Part shown: positions 24,638-37,515 of the stretch, one piece after another | How positions within the stretch are numbered: position 1 is the stretch's first letter | Layout: each line of letters opens with the position of its first letter | DNA from: Octopus bimaculoides | Taxonomy: Eukaryota | DNA: 64,000 nucleotides | Reading direction: 5' to 3' | Assembly (NCBI RefSeq): GCF_001194135.2 | Contig: NC_068987.1 | Span: 16,662,136-16,726,135, forward strand | The notes under the pieces: generated by a model | What the model saw: the letters and a program-made list of their open reading frames with translations, nothing else | Databases searched by the model: none | What the model was told of the DNA's origin: nothing | Translations under genes and position numbers: made by a program

Positions 24638-24810
24638 ACTTTTATTCTTTTTATTCTTTTACACCTTTCAGCCATTTGACTGCCGTCATACTAGAGCATC
24701 GCCTTAAAGGGTCTTAGACTCCAGGACTTATTCTTTGTAAGCCTAGTACTTATTCTATCGATCTCGTTATCGGGACACCAAGCACACCAATATCGGGAAA
24801 ACACACACAC
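24638..24810 (-). mobile_element. SINE family A, 3' part with internal deletions
   Basis: CCAGGACTTATTCTTTGTAAGCCTAGTACTTATTCTATCG is identical to the family A consensus. Confidence 0.8.
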
Positions 24811-24850
24811 ATACGCACATATATACAGATATATACATGTACATATGAAC

Positions 24851-24891
<41 letters not shown>

Positions 24892-25707
24892 TATATGTGT
24901 GTGTATGTGTGTGTTTATGTGTGAGTGTGCGTGTGCGTGACTGAGTGTGCGTTTTGGTTGGTGCAGATGCCGTTATGGTACATAAAAAGTGATTAAAACG
25001 TTCAGAAATAAAGGAAAGAATGTGGATTGTACAAAACAAAAAAACATAAACAAAAGGGTGGTGGTGGAAAAAATGAAATACAAATGATGGAAATTAATTC
25101 AAGGATATAACAGAAACGGAAGCTGCAGTTATTTTCTACGATAATGAGAAAGACGTGAAGAAAAAAAAAACGAAGCAAAACGTTTATACAAAAATAATTA
25201 AAACAATAAGAAAAGAAAGCAAATTATAAAGTATAGAAATTTTCATTGTGGATATTGGGTGGGACAATGTTGATACATTGAATAGAAACACTAAAGCAAT
25301 TAAATGGATTTGAAGAAATAATTTGAAAGAAAAATATATAAAAATAATACAAAATACGAACTCGTGGCACAGCTCTTGAGAACAACACAAATGATTTGTT
25401 ATATCGGTCGGTGAAGTGTTCATTGGTAGGAAGGCAAGCTGTTTCAATCTAAACATTTATTCGTTTACTAATATATTGATTTAATGATAAGTTAGCACCG
25501 TTTTTTTAAAAACATTATTGTTAAATCTATGATAATTAATATCATGTTTAATATTTAAATTAGTTTACATGCGGACAACAATAAGACCTAGAAACTTAAG
25601 AGACTCCGTCATATCCAGACCGTGAATTGGATTTGATTCCCGGTTGGACTGCTTGGTGTCAATACTTTTGATATTAAAGTTGCCTGTAATTAATTACAAA
25701 GGTCATG

Positions 25708-25768
<61 letters not shown>

Positions 25769-26420
25769 NNNNNNNNNNNNNNNNNNNNNNNNNNNNNNNN
25801 NNNNNNNNNNNNNNNNNNNNNNNNNNNNNNNNNNNNNNNNNNNNNNNNNNNNNNNNNNNNNNNNNNNNNNNNNNNNNNNNNNNNNNNNNNNNNNNNNNNN
25901 NNNNNNNNNNNNNNNNNNNNNNNNNNNNNNNNNNNNNNNNNNNNNNNNNNNNNNNNNNNNNNNNNNNNNNNNNNNNNNNNNNNNNNNNNNNNNNNNNNNN
26001 NNNNNNNNNNNNNNNNNNNNNNNNNNNNNNNNNNNNNNNNNNNNNNNNNNNNNNNNNNNNNNNNNNNNNNNNNNNNNNNNNNNNNNNNNNNNNNNNNNNN
26101 NNNNNNNNNNNNNNNNNNNNNNNNNNNNNNNNNNNNNNNNNNNNNNNNNNNNNNNNNNNNNNNNNNNNNNNNNNNNNNNNNNNNNNNNNNNNNNNNNNNN
26201 NNNNNNNNNNNNNNNNNNNNNNNNNNNNNNNNNNNNNNNNNNNNNNNNNNNNNNNNNNNNNNNNNNNNNNNNNNNNNNNNNNNNNNNNNNNNNNNNNNNN
26301 NNNNNNNNNNNNNNNNNNNNNNNNNNNNNNNNNNNNNNNNNNNNNNNNNNNNNNNNNNNNNNNNNNNNNNNNNNNNNNNNNNNNNNNNNNNNNNNNNNNN
26401 ATATATATATATATGTATAT

Positions 26421-26551
26421 GTTTGTGTTCCTGTGTTTGTCCATCACCATCGCTTGACGACCGATGCTGGTGTGTTTACGTCCCTGTAAATTAGCGATTC
26501 GGCGAAAGAGACTGATAGTACTAGGCTTGCAAAACAATAAGCCCTAAAGTC

Positions 26552-26555
<4 letters not shown>
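26421..26555 (+). mobile_element. SINE family A, 3' half fragment
   Basis: CATCGCTTGACGACCGATGCTGGTGTGTTTACGTCCC..TACTAGGCTTGCAAAA. Confidence 0.8.
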
Positions 26556-26595
<40 letters not shown>

Positions 26596-27966
26596 ATTGA
26601 CACAAAAGGGAGTCCCTTTTATATGGTTACTCGACTTCCTAGAAATAGCAATCGAATCTTCCTAAAATCAAATAGTAGTGTAAAAAAAAACAAAAAGGAC
26701 TCATTGGATACGGTAAGTCTAGTCGTCTTATATATGCTAAATATGAGTAACAACATAATTGTCATAGCTAGAATTGGGGTCTAAATAATTACTAGAACGA
26801 TTCCAAGATAGATGTAATCATTGCAAATATTCGTTTAAGTTACCTATTCTAGCTCTGCCACTAGAATATAAAGGCGTCATTGATTTTTAAAACCATATCA
26901 CATCTAACTCGTTCTCGTCCGATCATCAATGTTAAGGAATACCTTATAAAATCTATAATTAACGAGATATGTTCCTAAATTCATAAAGAATATGACACAA
27001 CCTGTTAATTATAAAATCTGCTTGTAAGGGTGACATTACGTCTGCTAAAGCTAATTCTATCTGGGGTCGCTGCTTTTCCAAATAATACTTTGTGTATTGG
27101 ACGTGTGGAGGTGGTGTTACGCGCTCATATGTCCTCAAAATACATGTAGCCCCACGAACGTGGCTAAGAACTACGTTTGTTGTCTTAGCCATACCGTCAT
27201 GCTTGAAGAAGACAGTAAACAACCAGAACCAGAACGTGGACTAGAACCAATCGGTCGAATAGACTCCATTCCCAGGAGTTTATTTCGACTTCATCTTATC
27301 TATTCCTGAAGAATAGAAGATAAAGTCGATATAGGCGAGATTTAATTACACACAAGCAAACACACACACATACATAACTGTGTATGTATATATCTCTCTT
27401 TCATTCTCTCTCCCCCTTTCCCTCTTTCTGTCTATAATGAAGGTGGCCTCCTAGAAATAGCAATCTAATCTTCCTTAAATTATATATCAGCGTCTAAAAA
27501 GCAAAGAGAAAATTACGGTGACTGAAGTAAACTCAAATAATACCACAAAGAATTCTGTCTGTCTCTTCAGATCCACTGTCTTCATAAAAGTCCAACAGAA
27601 AGAAGTGAAAAACAATCACAATCACTGTCTTGGAAAAAGGAAAGATACATTAAACAAAAGATTCCATCAATCATGAAAAATTTGACACATGAAGTTGCTC
27701 AAAACTTTTATATATATATTTTTGATTCCTAACAATAATTAGGGAAATCATACTTGATCATTGATCAAATTCGATCCTAGAAAAATCGCAAAGCTTTGGT
27801 AAAAATAAGAAACAAAAGCAACAAAAAGCAAAGGTTATAAAAGATGTTTAGCTTCTTCTAATTCATTAATTTCCAGTGTCGGTAAAATATGTTTGATCTC
27901 ACTTCTGCCATTTCCCTTTCCCCATTGCTGTCTTTCTCAACTACAAGGCTATTCCTTTCATCTGTG

Positions 27967-27969
<3 letters not shown>

Positions 27970-28050
<81 letters not shown>
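27970..28050 (+). repeat. (TC)n microsatellite
   Basis: Direct reading. Confidence 0.95.
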
Positions 28051-28051
<1 letters not shown>

Positions 28052-28722
28052 CTCTTTATTTTCCTTATCTCGTGCTTTGTCTATCATGCTAACAGTCTGT
28101 CTTTCACTGTCCTATCATTTGCTTTGTTTACCAACCAGTCTGTCTGTCTTTTACTGTACTATCTTTTGCTTTGTCTATCATTCTGTCATTGTCTGTCTCT
28201 ATGTGCGTGTCTGTAGCTGTCAATCTGTCTGTGTCTGTTTGACTGTCAGTCCGTCTGTCTCTCTCTTTGTCTTTATCTCGTGGTTTGGTTAATCAATCTA
28301 TCTGTCATTCTCTCTCTATCCTTGTTTTTCTCTCTCTAAGATTGTCAAAATATTAAGCCAATCCTGGGTCGTACACGCATGCATACACACACACCCACTC
28401 ATTCACAAACAATCATGCATACAGACGCATTCACAGATCAACATATACACAGACATGCACGTACACTCTCAATCTCTCACACAAAGACATGCACACACAA
28501 TCACGAATGTTCACCGGATTGATCTTTAACTTCGCCAAAAAGCCATATTTAGACATGGGTGGGGATCGATTATATCGCTGTGTTTTACTAGTATTTATTT
28601 TCTCAACTATGGTGTGGATGAAAAGCAAATGGAACAAGCAGAATTTGAACTCAGAACATACAGAGTAATTATATTATTCTGCTAAGTAGATTGTCAACTT
28701 CTCTACCGATTTCCACCACCAC

Positions 28723-28744
28723 TACCACCACCACCACCACCACC

Positions 28745-28775
<31 letters not shown>

Positions 28776-29529
28776 CTTCTTCTTCTTCTTCTTCTTCNNN
28801 NNNNNNNNNNNNNNNNNNNNNNNNNNNNNNNNNNNNNNNNNNNNNNNNNNNNNNNNNNNNNNNNNNNNNNNNNNNNNNNNNNNNNNNNNNNNNNNNNNNN
28901 NNNNNNNNNNNNNNNNNNNNNNNNNNNNNNNNNNNNNNNNNNNNNNNNNNNNNNNNNNNNNNNNNNNNNNNNNNNNNNNNNNNNNNNNNNNNNNNNNNNN
29001 NNNNNNNNNNNNNCTTCTTCTTCTTCTTCTTCTTCTTCTTCTTCTTCTTCTTCTTCTTCTTCTTTTCCTTTTTCTATTTATATTTCTTTTTCTTTTTCTT
29101 TTTCTTTTTCTTTTTCTTTTTCTTTTTCTTCTTCTTCTTCTTCTTCTTCTTCTTCTTCTTCTTCCTCTTCCTCTTCTTCTTCTTCTTTTTCTTTTTCTTT
29201 TTTTTCTTATTCTTTTTCTTTTTCTTCTTCTTCTTCTTCTTTTTCTTCTTCTTCTTCTCTTCCACTTCCTCTTCTTCTTTTTCTTCTTCTTTTTCTTTTT
29301 CTTTTTCTTTTTCTTTTTATTTTTCTTTTTCTTTTTCTTTTTCTTTTTCTTTTTCTTTTTCTTCTTCTTCTTCTTCTTCTTCTTCTTCTTCTTCTTCTTT
29401 TTCTTCCTCTTCCTCTTCCTCTTCTTCTTCTTTTTCTTTTTCTTTTTCTTTTTCCTTTTCTTTTTCTTCTTTTTCTTTTTCTTTTTCTTTTTCTTCTTCT
29501 TCTTCTTCTTCTCCTTCTTCTTCTTCTTC

Positions 29530-29590
<61 letters not shown>

Positions 29591-29710
29591 CATCGCCGTT
29601 ATTATCGGTCGTCTCCGTTATCATGGTCGTCGTCATGGTCGTCGTTATCCTCATCATCATCATCGCTGGCATCATCGTCGTCCTCATCAGTATTATCATT
29701 ATCATCAGAG
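28723..29710 (+). repeat. Compound trinucleotide satellite (CCA)n-(CTT)n-[gap]-(CTT/CTTTTT/CCT)n-(CAT)n
   Basis: Direct reading; includes N gap 28798-29013. Confidence 0.95.
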
Positions 29711-29865
29711 ACTATACTGTTACTACAGCTACGGCGACAACCCTTATTTCTAACAACAATGGAGCAAAAGCAGTTGTTTTGAGAAAGGATACAACGTCCA
29801 TGGTCTTGCACGCGTTTCTCACAGTGCAGCATAATATAATCGATTATGAGTGTTTGGGTGTGTGT

Positions 29866-29929
<64 letters not shown>

Positions 29930-29931
<2 letters not shown>

Positions 29932-30018
29932 TTGCCCAGTACTTAACTGGTATATCATTTTATCGATTCTGGAAAGAGAAAAAGCAAAGTTGACATCGGC
30001 GGCATTTGAAATCAGAAG
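29930..30018 (-). mobile_element. SINE family C fragment
   Basis: CCCAGTACTTAACTGGTA..AAAGTTGACATCGGCGGCATTTGAA. Confidence 0.65.
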
Positions 30019-30590
30019 GTTCCAACTTTCTAATGATTCTGTCATCTAACAGCTCCTAACTGTTTCTTATTTCTAGTAACATATTAGTGTTAAACAACAT
30101 TAACACTACATGTTATTTAAGAATATCTTACGCATTAGCCAAAAGCATTCTACAAAATCCAATGTGAGATTGGAAATTTAAGAGAGGAATCATAATTGTG
30201 GTCAGTTCAGGATAGATTAGTCAAGATCTCGACTCCCAGAACCCCGAACGAAACATTTGCCCTGAAACCTTCATGATGTCCTTACCCAGCCTGCGTGTCT
30301 TAAGGCCTTAGGTAGGGAAATAATAGTAGAGGGTAACAACCTCTTTGAGAACCTTTGAGTTTGTTGGGAGACGGCAAGGGAGGTAACCGTGAATATTTTG
30401 ATAAATTATGTGACGTAAGAAAAGCAGCGCGCATGACGTTTTTGAGTCTTCTAGGGGTGGGGAAAACAGGTGGGCTCAAAGGTACCCGAGGACCCAAAAA
30501 CTAGTGTTAAACCAGTTGGATCAAAATAGTTTGTTGTTCTTTAACACCTTATATACTCAAGTTTTCACTTCTTTGCTAATATGATATAGC

Positions 30591-30737
30591 AACGTTCTGA
30601 GTTCAAATTCCGCCGAGGTACACGCTGCCTTTCGTCCCTCTCGGGGTCAATAAATTAGGCACCAGTTGAGTACTGTGGTCGATGTAATCGAGCTGGTTCA
30701 CCTCCGAAATTGCTGGCCATGTACCAAAATTTGAAAC
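30591..30737 (+). mobile_element. SINE family C, 5'-truncated
   Basis: ACGTTCTGAGTTCAAATTCCGCCGAGG..CTCGGGGTCAATAAATT..CCAAAATTTGAAAC. Confidence 0.85.
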
Positions 30738-31994
30738 AAATATGGTATTGCAATGATTTCAATTCCTAAAATAAGATGATTATGCAGATTCTCTTTGAAT
30801 CATCATCTTTGACAGTTCAGCTCTTCATTCCGAAGAATACTTTGCAATTTGGTTGTAACGTATTGCAACCTGTTGTTACCATCAATTTATTATCGATACA
30901 TCAACCACAAATTTTACTTTACATCAGAACTGAAAAGCAAAGAGTTAATGCATCACTTCTCTCCATTACCAAATCAAGACACTATGCACAGGTCATTCAA
31001 TGACATTACAACAAACTTTTCGAGAAAGTATTTAGATGTAAGTCTTAATATAGCGTGACCCGTCAGTTCTAGAATACTTTTCCATAGGGTTTGAAATACC
31101 CTTTATATCCCTTTAACGCTTATTATTACAAGCATAGTAATTGTAAAGTGTTTGCGTGAGTACACACACACACACATTATGTCTATGTATATTCGTATGT
31201 ATGAAAGAAAGAATGTATATGTGTTTATATTGTATAAAAGAATTGCAGTATATATTATTTTTTTAATGTTCTCGTATTGTAAAAATGCTTAAATTATTGT
31301 AACATTCAATTTCGCGCTCTTAGCTGCAAATGGTGGTGACAAAATTAATTAGTTGTTAAAGATAACATGTAGCAATTTTAATATTGCTTTTGGCTACTGG
31401 TTCATTACTACATTATTTAAATTAAGGTAATTTTCTTTTTAGCTTCGATATAATCTACACAAATAACTTTTCCACTAAAAGTTGAAGAAAGGTCAGCGAT
31501 ACCAAAAACTGTTAAAGAAGTAAATAATAATTCTATAGAAATTGTACTATTTCTCGAACAAATCGAATCATGGAATAATCATGGCGGAATAGCACTCTGA
31601 GAGTAGCGCTTATTAAATTAGTATTAATCTAATAATTGTCATATTATGTAAAGGTAATTTTCGCCGAAAATCTTTCAGCTTTGACTAAATTTATCATCTT
31701 AAAATATCCAAACGATTCAGCTGATTAATATTTTAGATTTAGAATTTCCTTCGATAAATATTTAAAGCATTCTCTTGAGATGAAAGTGAAAAACAAAATA
31801 AACAAAGCAAGACCAAAACAAAATGGTGTATATCTTTTTTTAAAGCATGCATACTTAATACAAACAGAGACTTAGCGCCATTTGCAAATTAACATAACCA
31901 CCGCCACTTTTATAGAATTTGCTCATAAATAAAGTATGCAGTATACAATGATTCACTACTGCTATTGTTGCAGTCGTCACTACCGTTATTAATA

Positions 31995-32186
31995 TCCTTT
32001 CTATTATAGGTACAAGGTGCGGATTTTTGCGGGGGAGGAGGACAATAGATCACATCGACCCCAGAACGTCACTGGTACTTAATTTATCGACCTCGAAAAG
32101 ATAAAAGACAAAGCCGCCTTCGGAGGAACTCAGAATGACAGGCAAGCACTTCGCCCGGCGTGATAACGACTCTACCAACTCGCCAA
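31995..32186 (-). mobile_element. SINE family C (ATAGAAAGGA tail subtype)
   Basis: TCCTTTCTATTATAGG..ACATCGACCCCAG..CTGGTACTTAATTTATCGACC..CAACTCGCC. Confidence 0.8.
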
Positions 32187-32384
32187 CTTATAAATGCTAA
32201 TAATATCAAAATGTATTTAAGCACCTTAGTGCATATAAGTAAAATGATATGACAGGCAGCCGAACTAAACACTACAATATTCAGTTTCTCCATCATTCAC
32301 ATTCTGTATTCAATTCACATCTGGATATATTTTACCTTTCCTTCCAACGCCCTTAGAGACTGATAAACGAATAACAATATCCTT

Positions 32385-32640
32385 ATCAATTTATAACCGC
32401 TTTCCATGCTGGCTTGGGTAGGTTGGTTCGACAGGACCAGCCACTTTATAGAATTCACTGAATGCATTTTTTGTTGCATCAGCCCTATAGAGGTTGGTCT
32501 GCCGCCAGCACGACTAAACAGCTCTCTCAGTCACCGTGTTGCCGCTTTTGGAATCGATCATTAAACACTTAGAGGGTATTCTGTGCTTTTCGTGACACCA
32601 GCATTGAAGGAGTCACCTTGTATCTTGCAAAGCGAAAGAG
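32385..32640 (-). repeat. Degenerate retroposon-like repeat (CCGCTTTCCATGCTGGC motif)
   Basis: The motif resembles a retroposon 3' end I recall from cephalopod DNA. Single copy here, unverified. Confidence 0.35.
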
Positions 32641-33001
32641 AGGACCACTTAATGGAAAGAAACATATCTATACTAGATAAATTTGGTTGAATATACCTCT
32701 ACTGTATAAATAATTTTCTGAAGCTTAGTTAAAGCAAATCTAGGACAATACTCAAAAACCTTCAAAGTTTATTTTAGTGCTGTGTCTGAATAATATAATC
32801 TTTACATATGAAAGCATTAGACCAAATTTGTAAATCAAATACTAAAAATGCATCATGCTATGGTCGAGTTAAAGTGATCGATAGACAGAAAAATTGTTAA
32901 AATGTCTGACAAATGACCTGAAGTAATTGTTTCTGTAATTTAAAGCTTTCAGTCTAACCGAAATAATCTTTCCATTTTTATTAAAGATGTATATGTGTGT
33001 C

Positions 33002-33096
33002 GATGTATAGTTATCCTCAGCTCAGCCTGCACATGTGTGCAGATGTATAGTTAACCACGTCAGAGTCTGCTCATGTGTGCAGATCTATGGTTAATC
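33002..33096 (+). repeat. 40-bp period minisatellite, ~2.4 copies
   Basis: GAT(G/C)TAT(A/G)GTTA starts at 33002, 33042 and 33082; the first two units end CATGTGTGCA. Confidence 0.85.
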
Positions 33097-33639
33097 TTGA
33101 TGGCTGTTGGTCCTAAAATTAGTATTATATCGTCCAGTATTTGAATCAAACTGGTCGAATGGCAGAAATATATGCCTTTCGGTATTTGTTGAAGTTCTTT
33201 GCATTTAATTTCTATGAAATGAATTTTGTCTTTCATAATTCCTTGTTACATGAATAAAGTATCAAGCTAACTGCTCACTGCCTATTTTCCTTGTCTCTGT
33301 ATCTTTTTCTCTCTTTCTCAGAATCAGCTACACAACTCCGTGTAAGGGTCATGGGGGTGGAATTCATTCACAGTATCTTTCACCCATGGTATGAAGGAAA
33401 TTTCAGTCAGGTCATAGCAACTTCTTAGTAAGCTAAAATAAAGAAAGTAAAGATGAAGGACGGAGATGAACAAAATGACAGATAGGCAAACGGATGGGCC
33501 AAGATGTCAACGAACAGTGAATATTAGACTCTGATTAAATGAATTAACTTTACCTTGTATTTAGAAGAAAGAACATATTTATTTTTCTCAGTACAGGTTT
33601 AATTTCTATTGATTAAAACTGTACTCTAGGCTCACTACT

Positions 33640-33736
33640 AACCTAGCATCGGTTGTCAAACAATGTTGGGGGGGGGGACAAACACAGTCACAAACACAGA
33701 CACACACACGCAGACACACACACACACACACACACA

Positions 33737-33784
<48 letters not shown>

Positions 33785-33941
33785 CGACGAGCTTCTTTCA
33801 GTTTCCGTCTACTAAACCCACTCACAAGGCTTTGGTCGACCCGAGGCTATAGTAGAAGACACTTGCCCAAGGTGCCACACAGAGAGACTGAACCCGGAAC
33901 CATGCGGTTGGTAAGCAAGCTACTTACCACAAAACCACTCC
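33640..33941 (-). mobile_element. SINE family A (head end lost in gap)
   Basis: High identity to consensus either side of the internal (CA)(TA)n. Confidence 0.9.
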
Positions 33942-34778
33942 NNNNNNNNNNNNNNNNNNNNNNNNNNNNNNNNNNNNNNNNNNNNNNNNNNNNNNNNNNN
34001 NNNNNNNNNNNNNNNNNNNNNNNNNNNNNNNNNNNNNNNNNNNNNNNNNNNNNNNNNNNNNNNNNNNNNNNNNNNNNNNNNNNNNNNNNNNNNNNNNNNN
34101 NNNNNNNNNNNNNNNNNNNNNNNNNNNNNNNNNNNNNNNNNNNNNNNNNNNNNNNNNNNNNNNNNNNNNNNNNNNNNNNNNNNNNNNNNNNNNNNNNNNN
34201 NNNNNNNNNNNNNNNNNNNNNNNNNNNNNNNNNNNNNNNNNNNNNNNNNNNNNNNNNNNNNNNNNNNNNNNNNNNNNNNNNNNNNNNNNNNNNNNNNNNN
34301 NNNNNNNNNNNNNNNNNNNNNNNNNNNNNNNNNNNNNNNNNNNNNNNNNNNNNNNNNNNNNNNNNNNNNNNNNNNNNNNNNNNNNNNNNNNNNNNNNNNN
34401 NNNNNNNNNNNNNNNNNNNNNNNNNNNNNNNNNNNNNNNNNNNNNNNNNNNNNNNNNNNNNNNNNNNNNNNNNNNNNNNNNNNNNNNNNNNNNNNNNNNN
34501 NNNNNNNNNNNNNNNNNNNNNNNNNNNNNNNNNNNNNNNNNNNNNNNNNNNNNNNNNNNNNNNNNNNNNNNNNNNNNNNNNNNNNNNNNNNNNNNNNNNN
34601 NNNNNNNNNNNNNNNNNNNNNNNNNNNNNNNNNNNNNNNNNNNNNNNNNNNNNNNNNNNNNNNNNNNNNNNNNNNNNNNGTGTGACGATTTCTGGACGAA
34701 ATTCCTAATTGAGAAAGAGGGGCAATGTAACCAACTAGACCATCCCTCAAAAATTTTAGACTTTGTAATTGTAGCAGA

Positions 34779-34779
<1 letters not shown>

Positions 34780-34843
<64 letters not shown>

Positions 34844-34907
34844 TAATAATAATAATAATAATGATAATAACGATAATAATAAAAATAATGATGAAAATAA
34901 TAATAAA

Positions 34908-34945
<38 letters not shown>

Positions 34946-34980
34946 GTTTATAGAGAGGACTGTAAACTCATCTTTCTATC

Positions 34981-35018
<38 letters not shown>

Positions 35019-35080
35019 GTAGTAGTAGTAGTAGTAGTAGTAGTATCATCATCATCATCATCAACGTCATCGCCATTATC
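34780..35080. repeat. (AAT)n directly followed by (ATT)n, then (ATT)(AGT)(ATC)n
   Basis: Direct reading. Confidence 0.92.
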
Positions 35081-35371
35081 TTGTTTTGTATGTTCCAATA
35101 ATCACGGTCCATTGATCTCAATATTTCAGAAATTCTAATGATATCTCCTAATCGCATTAAAATATGCTTAATGAAACGTCAGATGAATTTTTATTAATAC
35201 GTAACATCTTTAATTCTTCTGGACGTGCGACTGATACAGATGTTTTTTCGTGGTTTTATGTATGTTTTTTAAACGATGCCGAGTACATGTGTACGAATTG
35301 CAACATCAGTGACAAGTGAGGATTACTAATGAAAGAAAGAAAGAAAGAAAATAAAGAAACGNNNNNNNNNN

Positions 35372-35404
<33 letters not shown>

Positions 35405-35939
35405 ATGCGTGTGTGTGTATGTTTATGTATAGTTATCTGATTTTCTGCAGCCACTATGCAAACAACATTGACGTAATGTTGTATACCAAAAGAAGGAAGA
35501 CATCTATGAAAATACACCAACTATTCCTAGTTGTTGGATACGACAGCAGCAATATTCCATGTTTTCCAATATGGTGTGCTTTCCCGTTGCCAATGAAACA
35601 AGGAACCATTTCAACGCCCTGAGCATGTTCGCGACCAGGTCGTATCTCTATCTGCTCATGCGTCTATTACGAAACCAAACATAGCCACACACTCAGTCGA
35701 GAAAGCGTATAAGTCCCCAGCACCAAGCTACTGCGGCTCTGATGCTGGCTCACTGGAAGTCCTATATTCTGGTTAGTTTGGACAACTGCTTACAAATTTG
35801 AACTGGCATTCTGTTTTTTTTTTGCAAACTGATGTGATTATAGAATGCCTGCACAAATAACAAAGTCTGAGAGATGAACTACTAGCTAAGCTTTTGTATA
35901 TTACACCTCTATTTTCTGGAACGTTGACGACAACGATAA

Positions 35940-36292
35940 ACCATGTGGTCAAATTCGTTTCAAAACTACCTGGGCTCTCGTCTGGTTCAACTACATGGTA
36001 TCTTGAGAATATATTTCTTTTATAGCATCGGTTTGATTAATATGTGAATGAAATTGATAAAGGGTAAACTCTACTGAATACCGTTGTATATGTGAGTATG
36101 TGAGTATGTTTATGTCCAACTTTATGTGTGCAACCGTTTAAAAACATACTTTTTCTCATGTCACGCAACTCAGTGATACGAGTAATAAAGATCAGTAAAA
36201 ATAAACACAACACATAAAAAAAAACACCGGGATTGAAGTGATCGACTAACGCCAACCCTTTGAGATAGTATCCTGACACGGCTGCAGTTCAA
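35940..36292 (+). mobile_element. SINE family A, heavily diverged
   Basis: Scattered colinear motifs (CTACATGGTATCTTGAG, GTGAATGAAATTG, ATCGACTAA, GGCTGCAGTTCAAT). Confidence 0.45.
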
Positions 36293-37019
36293 TTATTTTT
36301 TAAAAAAAGTAACAGTCTATAGCAGTGTGTGATAGTGTATATACGTGTTAAATGTTCTCGAATGTTTTGATCCAAACTTCTCCATACAAGAAAAGAAAGC
36401 ACATGAGAAGATGAAGGTTCTGTTGATCAAAAACTCTCTTCTCTAAATTTTCACATTAGATCCTCATACAGCAATGGCTTAAAAAAACTTGAACAAAGTC
36501 GTCATGCAACATTTAAAAGGTACTTGGACTGAGTGTTAGATTTAACAGAGGCTAAACTTAGTTTTGTGCCTCGTATTCCGCACGGGCTTCAAAAAAATTA
36601 AAAATGTGTATATGCTTTCAATTAATATGAAGCATTCTGGTACAATACTTTAACAAGAAACCAACAAACTTTATATAATTATACAGTTTATGGTTTCACC
36701 AAGCATAAATCCGGCTCCACCTACAATCAATTCATCTGCCATTGTAGTTCAATGACCCCTGCCATTGATTGGCGTTTTACTGATGCTCATTCTTAGATTT
36801 CCACATCGTCCCGCTACTCACCATTACACACACACACACATGTATATATGTGTATGTGTGNNNNNNNNNNNNNNNNNNNNNNNNNNNNNNNNNNNNNNNN
36901 NNNNNNNNNNNNNNNNNNNNNNNNNNNNNNNNNNNNNNNNNNNNNNNNNNNNNNNNNNNNNNNNNNNNNNNNNNNNNNNNNNNNNNNNNNNNNNNNNNNN
37001 NNNNNNNNNNNNNNNNNNN

Positions 37020-37388
37020 CAGCGTTGCACTCCCTCGTTTACGTTCCAGTCGATCCGATCAACGGAATAGCCTGCTCGAGAAATTAACGTGCATGTTCAC
37101 TTCACAGACACGTGTACCCTTAACGTAGTTCTCGGGGAGTTTCAGCGTGACACAGAGTTTGACAAGGCTGGCCCTTTGAAATATAGGTACAACAGAAATA
37201 GGAAGAAAGAGTGTGAGAAAGTTGTGGTGAAAGAGTACAGCAGGGTTCACCACCACCCCCTGCCGGAGCCTCGTAGAGCTTTAGGTATTTTCGCTCAAAT
37301 AAACATTCACAGCGCCCGGTCTGGGAATCGAAACCGCGATCCTACGACTGCGTGTCCGCTTCCCTAACCACTGGGCCATTGTGCCATC
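37020..37388 (-). mobile_element. SINE family B (tRNA-Arg-like head), near full length
   Basis: Reverse complement of 61737-62154: GGCACAATGGCCCAGTGGTTAGGG..GGTTTCGATTCCCAGACCGGGCG..TTCAAAGGGCCAGCCTTGTC..CTACGTTAAGGGTACACG. Confidence 0.92.
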
Positions 37389-37515
37389 ACAATACAGACA
37401 GAGAGAGAGAGAGAAGGAGAGATGGAGTGACGGAGAGAATGCATTTGAGAACCAATATATGGATTTATATGTGCTCGGGTATTTGTTAGTTAAGGTAAAG
37501 AAGAGAAAAACTTAC

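Noticed and set aside
26959-27222. 87-aa minus ORF and a 9-bp hairpin (TGGCTAAGA/TCTTAGCCA)
   Set aside because: No homology recognised; length and stem are within chance expectation.
28691-29782. Poly-Ser/Phe/Lys ORFs on both strands
   Set aside because: Translation of (CTT)n-type repeats.
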